Assembly (NCBI GenBank): GCA_035695985.1
Contig: DASRRB010000351.1
Span: 7,501 to 31,500, forward strand
Length of the DNA stretch: 24,000 nt
Origin: Planctomycetota bacterium
GTDB lineage: Bacteria > Planctomycetota > B15-G4 > SIAN01
Direction of reading: 5' to 3'
Shown: positions 9,016 to 16,308 of the stretch, one piece after another
Layout: each line of letters starts with the position of its first letter
Numbering within the stretch: position 1 is the stretch's first letter
Translations under genes and position numbers: made by a program
The notes under the pieces: model-generated
Told to the model about the DNA's origin: nothing
Database searches by the model: none
What the model saw: only the letters and a program-made list of their open reading frames with translations

Positions 9016-10526
9016 AGGAGCTCCCTCGCGACGGTGCGATCGTCGAATCGAAACCTCTGCTGCCCCACGATCTGGTAGTCCTCGTGCCCCTTGCCCGCGA
9101 TCAGCACGACGTCGCCGCGGCGGGCGTCGGCGAGCGCGTGCTCGATGGCGACGCGGCGGTCGAGCTCGACCTCGACGCAGCAGCCCGCCGGGATCCCGGC
9201 CAGCACGTCGCGCGCGATGGCGGCCGGGTCCTCGCTGCGCGGGTTGTCGCTCGTGAGGAAGACGCGGTCGGAGAGGCGCGCGGCGACGTTGCCCATCCGC
9301 GGCCGTTTCGTCCGGTCGCGGTCGCCGCCGCAGCCGAACACGGTGAGGACGCGGCCCGTCGCGAGCGGCTTGAGAAGCCGCAGCACCTTCTCGAGCGCGT
9401 CGTCGGTGTGCGCGTAGTCGACGAGGACGTCGAACTCCTGGCCGACGCGCACCGGCTCGAGGCGGCCGGGCACCGCGGCGAGCGCCGCGACGCCGCGCGC
9501 GATCGTGTCGCCGTCGATCCCGAGCGCGAGGGCGACCGCGCACGCGCCGAGCACGTTCATCAGGTTGTGGCGGCCGACGAGGCGCGACGCGACGGCGAAG
9601 CGGCCGCCGACGTGGCGGACGACCATCGAGAGACCGCCGGTGCCGAGCTCGACCGCGTCGGCGCGCACGTGCGCGCCGGGGACCTGGCCGTAGACGAGCA
9701 GCCGCGCGCGCGAGCGCGCCACGAGGTCGTGCGAGACGGCGTCCTCGCCGTTCACGACGGCGACCGCGTCGCCGGCGAGCCCCTCGAAGAGCTTCGCCTT
9801 GGCGTCGCGGTAGGCGGCGACGTCGGGGTGGTAGTCGAGGTGCTCGCGCGCGAGCTGGGTGAAGAGCGCGGCGCGGAAGCGGACGCCGGTCGCGCGCTCC
9901 TGGTCGAGCGCGTGCGAGGAGACCTCCATCACGGCGCTCCTGCCGCCGGCGGCGCGCGCCTGCGCGAGCAGCGCCGCGAGGCGCAGCGCGTCGGGCGTCG
10001 TGTGCTCGGAGGGTCGCGGCGCGCCGCCCCACACGCGCTCCTCGATCGTCCCGATCAGCGTCGGGGCGCGCGCGGCGGCGAGCAGGATCGAGTGGATCAG
10101 CGTCGCGCTGGTGGTCTTGCCCTTGGTGCCGGTGACGCCGACGCAGGCGACGTCGCGCGAAGGGTCGTCGTGGAAGGCGTGCGCCGCGACCGCCTTCGCG
10201 CGGCGCACGTTCTCGACCTCGATCCAGGGAACGCCGGCGGAGGTCGTCGCGGATCGATGGAAGGCCGCGGCTCCGCCGTGTGGGGCGACGATCGCGACGG
10301 CTCCGCGCGCGAGCGCGTCGGCGACGAAGTGCAGCCCGTCGCGCGCCGCGCCGGGAACGGCGAAGAAGAGGTCGCCCGGCTCGACGGCGCGGCTGTCGGT
10401 CTGGAGCGACCGCACCGCGACCGAACGCGCTCCCGCGGGTGGCGGCGCGCCGAGCGCGACCGCCAGTTCCGCGAGCGTCCTCCCCGGACGGACCGTCGTT
10501 GACGAATGCGCCGCCGCGCCGCTCAT
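8997..10526 (-). CDS. murE: UDP-MurNAc-L-Ala-D-Glu--2,6-diaminopimelate ligase MurE
   Basis: QTDSRAVEPGDLFFAVPGAARDGLHF and the P-loop GVTGTKGKTTSATLI. The DNPR motif (LTSDNPRSEDP) is the established signature of meso-DAP-adding MurE. The ATG at 10526 follows GGGGGAGGGG and forms an ATGA overlap with the ftsI stop. Confidence 0.9.
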   Translation of the reverse strand: MSGAAAHSSTTVRPGRTLAELAVALGAPPPAGARSVAVRSLQTDSRAVEPGDLFFAVPGAARDGLHFVADALARGAVAIVAPHGGAAAFHRSATTSAGVPWIEVENVRRAKAVAAHAFHDDPSRDVACVGVTGTKGKTTSATLIHSILLAAARAPTLIGTIEERVWGGAPRPSEHTTPDALRLAALLAQARAAGGRSAVMEVSSHALDQERATGVRFRAALFTQLAREHLDYHPDVAAYRDAKAKLFEGLAGDAVAVVNGEDAVSHDLVARSRARLLVYGQVPGAHVRADAVELGTGGLSMVVRHVGGRFAVASRLVGRHNLMNVLGACAVALALGIDGDTIARGVAALAAVPGRLEPVRVGQEFDVLVDYAHTDDALEKVLRLLKPLATGRVLTVFGCGGDRDRTKRPRMGNVAARLSDRVFLTSDNPRSEDPAAIARDVLAGIPAGCCVEVELDRRVAIEHALADARRGDVVLIAGKGHEDYQIVGQQRFRFDDRTVARELLCRLSR

Positions 10527-12451
10527 CGCCCCTCCCCCGCCGCGGGGTCGGAGATTAGCGCCGAAGAGGCGCGAAGGCGCGGACGAGCCGGAGGCAGCGG
10601 GCGCGCGCCGCGGGCGAGCGCGGCCTCGCGCGCGAGCTCGGCGACGAGCTCTTCGGGCCGGTCCGCCGGCACCTCGAAGCGGCGCAGCAGCGAGCCCATG
10701 ATCCCGCCCGCGACCTTGGCCGCGTTGTCGGCGGCGAAGCGCCCCTGCTTGGGGTCGTAGAGGACGACCAGCACGAGGTAGCGCGGGTCGGCGACCGGTG
10801 CGAAGCACCAGTAGGACGAGATCGAGATCTCGTGGTGCAGCTCGTTCTGCGCCGTGCCGGTCTTCCCCCCCATCGACCAGCCGCGCGGGCGCCATTTCCC
10901 GGTCCCGCCCTCCTCGACGACCTTGGCCAGCATCGTCTTGAGCGTCGCGTTGGTGGCCGGCGTGAAGACGCGGTGCTCGCGGGCGGGGTCGGAAGCGACC
11001 TCGACCATCTCGCCGTCGTCGCCCTCGATCGCGTGGACGAAGCGGGGCGGCCGCCAGGTCCCGCCGTTCGCGATGGCGGCGGCGGCGGTCGCCACCTGCA
11101 GCGCCGTCGTCCCGATCTCCTGGCCGTAGGAGAGCGAGGCGAGCGACCAGTTGAGATCCATGTCGCGCAGGCGCGGGAGCAGTCCGTCTTCCTCATAAGG
11201 AAGCGAGGAGATGCGCCTCTTGAAGCCGAGACTCTTGATGTGGTCGAGGATCGGCTGGAAGGCCGGGTCGCCCTTCTTCGTGCCCGGCACGAACAGCGAC
11301 CGCACCAGCTTCGTCATCCCGATGTTGGACGAATGGACCAGGACGTCCGTCGCGCTCAGCACGCCCTTCGGGTGGACGTCGTGGATGACGCGTCCCTTGC
11401 AGATCGGATACGAGCCGTTGTCGCAGTCGACGGTCGTCTCGGGCGTCGCCGCGCCGCGCTCGAGCACCAGCCCGAGCATGAACGGCTTGAACGACGAGCC
11501 GGGCGGGTAGAGGACCTGGGTCGCGTAGAGCTTGTGGTTCCTCGCGTCCTCGGCGTCGCGCGGGCGCGGCGAGCCCGGCGTCGGCCGCTGCGCGAGCGCC
11601 TTCACCTCGCCGTCGCGCGGGTCGATCACGATCGCCTGCGCCCAGAGGGGGCGGAACTCGGCGAGCGCGGCGTCGAGCGCCTCCTCGACGATGTCCTGCG
11701 CGAGCGGCTCGACGGTGAGCTCGACCGCGCGACCGGCGCGCGCCGCCGTCTCCTCGAGCGCCGGATCGACCATGTCGCGCCGGCGGCCGTCGCGGCGCAC
11801 CGGGCGGCGGCCGTCGGCGGGCGCGAGCGCGCGCTCGCACGCGAGCTCGATCCCGAAGATGCCGCGGAACTCGCCGTCGGCGTCGTAGCGCTCGTCGTCC
11901 TCGGGATAGGCCGACGGCTGCCAGCCGACCCAGCCGACGAGCGGCGCGAGGAAGGCGTCGCGCGGGTAGACCCGCTCGAAGCGCTCCTCGATGGTGAGCG
12001 GCCGGAATCGCGGCAGGAGCGTCAGCTCGCGCAGCTCGGCCACGACCGCGGGGTTGCGGATGCCCTCGACCAGGCGGACCCACTTCTTGCCGCCGTTCAG
12101 CGTCTTCTCGATCCCGCCCGGCTCGACGCCGGTGATGCGGGCGAGCTCGAGCGCGACGACGCGGGCCGGGTCCTCGTCCGTCGTGCGCTTGCGCAGCAGC
12201 TCGCTCGTGTAGCCCCACACCTCCCAGGTGCGGCGGCTGGAGGCGAGGAGGCCGCCGCGCCGGTCGACGATGTCGCCGCGCTGCCCGCGCTCGACGTGGT
12301 CCTCGATGCGGTACATGGGCGAGCGCTCGAGCGGCCGCGCGCGCAGGACCTGCAGGACGAAGAGGCGCACTTCGACGGCGCCGAGGAGGAAGACCGCGAA
12401 GACGAGCAGGAAGACCGCGCGATAGCGGGCCCGACGCAGCATCGTGCGCAT
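10523..12451 (-). CDS. ftsI: Class B penicillin-binding protein / peptidoglycan D,D-transpeptidase FtsI (PBP3-like), 642 aa
   Basis: N-terminal TM anchor (YRAVFLLVFAVFLLGAV). All three transpeptidase motifs are present: SxxK (SSFK), SxN (SSN) and KTG (KTGT). Sits at the dcw position after ftsL. Confidence 0.9.
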   Translation of the reverse strand: MRTMLRRARYRAVFLLVFAVFLLGAVEVRLFVLQVLRARPLERSPMYRIEDHVERGQRGDIVDRRGGLLASSRRTWEVWGYTSELLRKRTTDEDPARVVALELARITGVEPGGIEKTLNGGKKWVRLVEGIRNPAVVAELRELTLLPRFRPLTIEERFERVYPRDAFLAPLVGWVGWQPSAYPEDDERYDADGEFRGIFGIELACERALAPADGRRPVRRDGRRRDMVDPALEETAARAGRAVELTVEPLAQDIVEEALDAALAEFRPLWAQAIVIDPRDGEVKALAQRPTPGSPRPRDAEDARNHKLYATQVLYPPGSSFKPFMLGLVLERGAATPETTVDCDNGSYPICKGRVIHDVHPKGVLSATDVLVHSSNIGMTKLVRSLFVPGTKKGDPAFQPILDHIKSLGFKRRISSLPYEEDGLLPRLRDMDLNWSLASLSYGQEIGTTALQVATAAAAIANGGTWRPPRFVHAIEGDDGEMVEVASDPAREHRVFTPATNATLKTMLAKVVEEGGTGKWRPRGWSMGGKTGTAQNELHHEISISSYWCFAPVADPRYLVLVVLYDPKQGRFAADNAAKVAGGIMGSLLRRFEVPADRPEELVAELAREAALARGARPLPPARPRLRASSALISDPAAGEGR

Positions 12452-12479
12452 CGCCGCCTTCCCCTTCCCGCTGCCGTGC

Positions 12480-12767
12480 TCAGAGCTGGGCGGCCGTCCT
12501 CGCTGCCGCAGCGAGACGCTCCGCCCGCGCCTGCCGCAGGATCGTCGCCAGCCGGTGCACCCGCTCGGGCGTCCAGAGCGCGGCGACGCGCAGCCGCCTC
12601 GCCTCGCACGCCTCGTCCAGGTGGACGAGCTCCCCCCGTGCGCGCGCGAGCTCGTAGCCGCGCAGATGGGCGCGGATGTGAAGGTGGACCGTCACTCCCG
12701 CGACGACCAGCGTCGCCAGCAACGACAGTCCGAGAATCGCCTTGTGCATCCCGCCTTCCGCGGCCAT
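12480..12767 (-). CDS. ftsL: Cell division protein FtsL-like (small bitopic membrane/coiled-coil protein)
   Basis: Small ORF between rsmH and ftsI with a TM helix (ILGLSLLATLVVAGVTV) followed by a heptad-like segment ending in ...PERVHRLA, similar to the FtsL C-terminal P-x-R-I/V-E-x-I/L-A region. The second ATG at 12749 has the better SD (GGAAGG 4 nt upstream), so the true start may give 89 aa. Confidence 0.65.
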   Translation of the reverse strand: MAAEGGMHKAILGLSLLATLVVAGVTVHLHIRAHLRGYELARARGELVHLDEACEARRLRVAALWTPERVHRLATILRQARAERLAAAARTAAQL

Positions 12768-12791
12768 CCGCTCGCGCGAAGAGTTCGGGCC

Positions 12792-12875
12792 GCGGGCGCG
12801 GTCCGACGGTCGAGGGCGATCCAGACTTCCGCCGTCCGCAATTCGGAGGTCCGGTTCGACCGGGTCCGCGCCCGC
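12792..12875 (-). other. Long-range GC inverted repeat enclosing three small hairpins in the rsmH-ftsL spacer (candidate structured RNA element)
   Basis: GCGGGCGCGG(TCC) at 12792-12804 is complementary to (GGT)CCGCGCCCGC at 12863-12875: 10 perfect bp, one mismatch, then 2 more bp. Three hairpins lie inside: GACGG...CCGTC (12805-12836), TCCG-caatt-CGGA (12835-12847) and CCGGT-tcg-ACCGG (12851-12863). Confidence 0.3.
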
Positions 12876-12890
12876 TCCCGAAACTCTCTT

Positions 12891-12904
12891 TGGTTCTTGG
12901 TTCT
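12891..12904 (-). repeat. Tandem heptamer (AGAACCA x2 on the coding strand) 4 nt after the rsmH stop
   Basis: The plus strand reads tggttct tggttct at 12891-12904. It is an unusually A/T-rich stretch for this window. Function unknown. Confidence 0.5.
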
Positions 12905-12908
12905 TCGC

Positions 12909-13796
12909 TCAGGTCCGCCGCGCGGCGCGCAGCTTCGCGCTGCGTGCGCGCGGGTTGGCCTCCACCTCGGCGGGGCCGGGCTCCACGATCTTCCGCGTCA
13001 GGACCTCGAGCTCCCCGCTCGCGGCCCGCTCCCGGAAGAACCGCTTCACCACCCGGTCTTCGCCGCTGTGGAAGGAAATCACCGCGATCCGCCCGTTCGT
13101 CGCCAGCCACCGAACCGCTTTCGGCAGCACGCGCTCGAGCGCGCCGATCTCGTCGTTCACCGCGATCCGCAGCGCCTGGAACGTCCGCGTCGCCGGATGG
13201 ATCCGCGCGCCGCGCCGCCCGCCGAGCGCACGCTCGACGAGGTCGGCGAGCTCCCGCGTCCGACGCACCGGCGCATGCCGACGGCGCTCGACGATCGCGC
13301 GCGCGATCGCTCGCGAGCGCTTCTCGTCGCCGAAGCGGAACAGGAGGTCCGCGAGCTCCTGCTCAGAGATCCGGCGGAGCAGCTCCGCCGCGGTCTCGCC
13401 GACGCTTCGGTCCATCCGCATGTCCAGGTCGCCGTCCGCGTCGAAACTCATCCCCCGCGACGCGTCGTCCAGCTGCAGCGACGAGATCCCCAGATCGAGC
13501 AGGATCCCGTCGAACGATCCGGACGCGATCGTCGCGTCCGCCTCGTCCGCGCGATCGAACCGGGCGTGCACCGTCCGGAGCCGATCGCCGAACACCGCCA
13601 ATTCCCTCGCCGTGCGCGCGAGCGTCGCACCGTCCTGGTCGACGCCCGTCACCCGGCTCCCCGTCACACGCTCGAGGATCTTCCGCGCGTGGCCTCCCCC
13701 GCCGAGAGTTAGGTCCAGGGCTCGCCCGCCCGGCCTCAGATCGAGAAGCCCCAGCACTTCTTCGATCAGGACCGGTACGTGGCAGGACTCACCCAC
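12909..13796 (-). CDS. rsmH: 16S rRNA (cytosine1402-N4)-methyltransferase RsmH (MraW)
   Basis: HVPVLIEEVL, the SAM-binding DLTLGGGGHARKIL, GILLDLGISSLQLD and VISFHSGEDRVVK. GTG start at 13796. dcw position 2. Confidence 0.92.
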   Translation of the reverse strand: MGESCHVPVLIEEVLGLLDLRPGGRALDLTLGGGGHARKILERVTGSRVTGVDQDGATLARTARELAVFGDRLRTVHARFDRADEADATIASGSFDGILLDLGISSLQLDDASRGMSFDADGDLDMRMDRSVGETAAELLRRISEQELADLLFRFGDEKRSRAIARAIVERRRHAPVRRTRELADLVERALGGRRGARIHPATRTFQALRIAVNDEIGALERVLPKAVRWLATNGRIAVISFHSGEDRVVKRFFRERAASGELEVLTRKIVEPGPAEVEANPRARSAKLRAARRT

Positions 13797-13838
13797 CCCG
13801 GCCTCACCCTCTCCCGCGATCGCCGCCAGGCGACCCGT

Positions 13839-14276
13839 TCACGCGCGGAAGATCCCCTTCGCGTGCTCTTCGTAGTTCGCTTCGTGCTGGCCCGCCTGCC
13901 GCTCCCATCGCGCAGGCGCCCACAACTCGATCCGCGTGTCCATCCCCACGAACCTCGCGTCGTTGCCGATGCCGCCGAACTCCTTCAGCTCCTTCGGGAG
14001 GAGGATCCGGCCTGCGGCGTCGACGTCAAGCTCGCGCGTCGAGCCGAAGAACCGGCGGGAGAACGCGCGCGCCTCCTCGCTTCCGAGCGAGCTGCTGCGG
14101 ACCTGGGCCACCACCGCGTCGAACTGGTCCCGAAGGAACAGCCAGACGCAGCCGTCGAGACCCTGCGTCGCGAAGAGGACCCGGGCATCGTCCGCGCGGA
14201 AGTGGTCGAGGAACTTCCGGGGCACGTTGACGCGCCCCTTGGTGTCGATGGCATGCGTGTACGAGCCGACGAACAC
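13839..14276 (-). CDS. mraZ: Transcriptional regulator MraZ
   Basis: Two SpoVT/AbrB-type DxxxR motifs (DTKGRVNVP and DAAGRILLP). The GTG at 14276 gives an N-terminus (M)FVGSYTHAIDTKGR that aligns with the family N-terminus MFxGxxxxxxDxKGR. The track's longer ORF starts at a GTG (14333) that lies inside the operator/promoter, so I prefer the shorter call. Confidence 0.9.
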   Translation of the reverse strand: MFVGSYTHAIDTKGRVNVPRKFLDHFRADDARVLFATQGLDGCVWLFLRDQFDAVVAQVRSSSLGSEEARAFSRRFFGSTRELDVDAAGRILLPKELKEFGGIGNDARFVGMDTRIELWAPARWERQAGQHEANYEEHAKGIFRA

Positions 14277-14321
14277 CGGTCCATCCCCCAAGCCTCCCCA
14301 CGGCGCTGCTCGAGTGGGGGG

Positions 14322-14380
14322 ATCGTAACCCACTTCGACCCACCTGCAACCATTTTCTCACTTTTTCTGCTTCTTTCGGC
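14322..14380 (-). promoter_or_regulatory. Putative sigma70-type dcw promoter (Pmra): A-rich UP-like tract, -35 TTGCAG, 16-nt spacer, -10 TACGAT
   Basis: On the minus strand, TTGCAG is at 14349-14344 and TACGAT at 14327-14322. They are preceded by GAAAGAAGCAGAAAAAGTGAGAAAA (14351-14380), one of the few A/T-rich stretches in the window. The promoter overlaps the MraZ boxes, as expected for autorepression. Confidence 0.45.
14329..14353 (-). promoter_or_regulatory. MraZ-type operator: three direct repeats at 10-bp phase (ATGGT-N5-GTGGG-N5-GTGGG)
   Basis: The minus strand reads AAAATGGTTGCAGGTGGGTCGAAGTGGGTTACGAT. Pentamers sit at 14353-14349, 14343-14339 and 14333-14329, separated by 5-nt spacers. 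This matches the published MraZ-box architecture (TGGGN/GTGGG repeats with 5-nt spacers) directly upstream of mraZ. Confidence 0.55.
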
Positions 14381-14590
14381 GCCGTCTCTCGATCCGCCCC
14401 CCACTTCGCGAAGTCGGATCGACGCGTCGTGCGCACCCGTTCGACGACCGTTTGCGAACGAAATACGGCGCTGCGACGACGACGGTGCGGGACGCGTCGC
14501 GACGACCGCGACGCGAGGACATCGACGCGAGGACGGAGACGAGTGGCCGCGCGACGACGCGCGACGACGCGCGGCTCGCGCGAGCGCGGT

Positions 14591-15133
14591 TCAGCCGGCG
14601 GCGCTGCTCGCGGACGAGGGGTCTGCCGACGCCGGCATCTCTTCCTCATCCAAGTTGCCGTCGATCAGCTCTTCGAGCTTCGCGCGCAGCGGCGGCAGGT
14701 CGGCGGCCGTGAGGAGCGGCGCGGGCGCGAGGTACCACTGCTCGGTCGGGCCGGGCCGGCGCAGTCGCAGCGACTCGACGCCCCCTTCGTTCACCAGGCC
14801 GACCATGCGCAGGAACCGCTTGCGCACGAGCAGCAGCGTGATGAGGTAGAGCAGCGCCTCCTGCCCCGGCGGCGGGCTCTTCTGCCAGACCTCGAAGATC
14901 CGCAGCAGCCGGTCGAAGTCGACGCGTTTGCGCTTCGGCGCATGCGCCTGGAAACGCGTCTCCCACCAGATGACGTCGGGCGGCGCCTGCTTCGGCGCGC
15001 ACTTCTCGCAGAGGTCGCGCCGCGCGATCTTCGCGGCGTCGGCCTCGATGACCGAGACCACGCGCTGGTCGTGGGCGAAGGCGCTGTCGCACTGCAGGCA
15101 CCGCTCGCGGATCCGGTCGATGCGCCAGTCCAT
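14591..15133 (-). CDS. Hypothetical protein with N-terminal Cys4 zinc-ribbon (CLQC...CEKC) and acidic C-terminal tail, 180 aa
   Basis: The ATG at 15133 lies 2 nt after the TAA of the upstream gene (TAACCATG). The translation from MDWRIDRIRERCLQCDSAF... has balanced composition (W, K, F, Y, I present). The upstream 420 codons of track ORF 14591..16393 are Arg/Gly/Ala-rich out-of-frame read-through. I recognise no family. Confidence 0.65.
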   Translation of the reverse strand: MDWRIDRIRERCLQCDSAFAHDQRVVSVIEADAAKIARRDLCEKCAPKQAPPDVIWWETRFQAHAPKRKRVDFDRLLRIFEVWQKSPPPGQEALLYLITLLLVRKRFLRMVGLVNEGGVESLRLRRPGPTEQWYLAPAPLLTAADLPPLRAKLEELIDGNLDEEEMPASADPSSASSAAG

Positions 15134-15135
15134 GG

Positions 15136-16308
15136 TTATCCGTCCGATCCGCCCGACTTCGCGCGGATCAGCCGGCGCCAGCCGTCGGGGTTGGTGAGTT
15201 CCTTGGGAGCCGGTTCCCGGCCCACGCTCGCGCGCAGGTCCACGAGCAGCGAGTAGACCAGGTGGTCCTGGTGCTGGGCGATCCCCCGCTCGAGCGCGTC
15301 GACCATCGCGAGCTGGACGCGCAAATCGGGCTGGTTCACGAGCGAGTGCGCCGCCTTCTCGACCACGCCCGGATCGGGGTCGCGGAGCGCGCGGACGAGC
15401 GCCGCGCTCACGGCCGGATCGGCGGCCGGCAGCGCGAGCGCCTCGGCCGCCCCGCCGCGCGCGACCGGGTCGCCGTCCTCGCCCAGCATCCGGACCACGC
15501 GCGCCAGCGACTGCGGGTCGCGCGTCTCCTCCTTCATCAGGCGCAGCGACGGGACGATCGCGTTCGCCGCGTGGGCGCGCACCGTCGCGTCGCGGTCGTC
15601 GAGCGCCTTCGCCAGCGCGACGCGCACGCGGTCGTCGAGCGCCTTGCGCTTGAGCAGGTCGGCCGCGGCCGCGCGCACCTCGAAGGCGGGGTCGGCCGCG
15701 AGCCGGTCGATCAGCGCGTCGACGGCCGCGTCGTCGGGCACGTCGCCGAGCGCGCGCAACGCCGCGAGCCGCACCGGCATCCCCTCCTTGGCGTCGGACG
15801 CGATCGCCGAGAGCTCGTGGATCGCGCGCAGCTGCGCCAGCGCCGCGGCGACCCGGTCCTGCGCCGGGGTGTAGAGCGGCCGCGTGCGTCCGAGCTCGCG
15901 CAGCGCGTCGGCGAGGAACGCGCTCGCCGCCGAGCCGAGCCAGGAGAGCTCCCGCTGCGCCCGCTCGGAGCGGATCGCCTCGGGCGACCCTGCCTTCCCG
16001 GTGCGCAGCAGCTCGACGAAGAGGTTGTCGAGCAGCACTTTCTGGTCGGCCTCGCTGCCCGACAGCCACTGCTCCCGCGCCTTCGGCCAGCCGGGGTCGT
16101 CGGCGAGGTAGAGGCGCCACCACCCCTCGAGCTGCTTGCGATGCGGGTCGTTCGCGCGCGCGGCGGCCTTGGGGTCGGCCCCCTTGCCCTCGTTCGCGCC
16201 GCCCTCGGTGCCGCAGCCGACGGTGGCCGGGAGCGCGAGCGCGACGAGCGAGAGGGCTGCGGCGGCGGTGCGCGCCGTCCGGCGCACGGGTTCCACGGGT
16301 GCGACCAT
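15136..16308 (-). CDS. Putative lipoprotein with HEAT/PBS-lyase-like helical repeats, about 390 aa
   Basis: The ATG at 16308 is preceded by GGAGAGAAAGGGGGG. The signal peptide has a lipobox-like end: RRTARTAAAALSLVALALPATVG|C. HEAT-like units repeat through the protein (PVRLAALRALGDVPDDAAVDALIDRL, DPAFEVRAAAADLL, DRDATVRAHAANAI, DPVARGGAAEAL, DPDPGVVEKAAHSL). Stop TAA at 15136-15138. Confidence 0.75.
   Translation of the reverse strand: MVAPVEPVRRTARTAAAALSLVALALPATVGCGTEGGANEGKGADPKAAARANDPHRKQLEGWWRLYLADDPGWPKAREQWLSGSEADQKVLLDNLFVELLRTGKAGSPEAIRSERAQRELSWLGSAASAFLADALRELGRTRPLYTPAQDRVAAALAQLRAIHELSAIASDAKEGMPVRLAALRALGDVPDDAAVDALIDRLAADPAFEVRAAAADLLKRKALDDRVRVALAKALDDRDATVRAHAANAIVPSLRLMKEETRDPQSLARVVRMLGEDGDPVARGGAAEALALPAADPAVSAALVRALRDPDPGVVEKAAHSLVNQPDLRVQLAMVDALERGIAQHQDHLVYSLLVDLRASVGREPAPKELTNPDGWRRLIRAKSGGSDG

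Noticed and set aside
5254-9078. Plus-strand ORFs 5254..6900, 6426..7706 and 6949..9078, antisense to ftsW/mraY/murF
   Set aside because: Antisense to membrane and ligase genes with clear motifs. Translations are Arg/Glu/Asp/Ala-rich and carry no domains I can recognise.
3365-10895. N-terminal extensions of murC (to 4270), murG (to 4752), ftsW (to 7212), murF (to 10032) and murE (to 10895) in the ORF track
   Set aside because: The extensions read out of frame through the preceding dcw gene and have junk composition. Internal starts with SD sequences give family-typical N-termini and lengths.
10832-14230. 1132-aa plus-strand ORF spanning ftsI, ftsL, rsmH and mraZ
   Set aside because: It has Arg/Pro/Ala/Ser-rich low-complexity composition. 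It overlaps four minus-strand genes with clear family motifs. GC-driven artefact.
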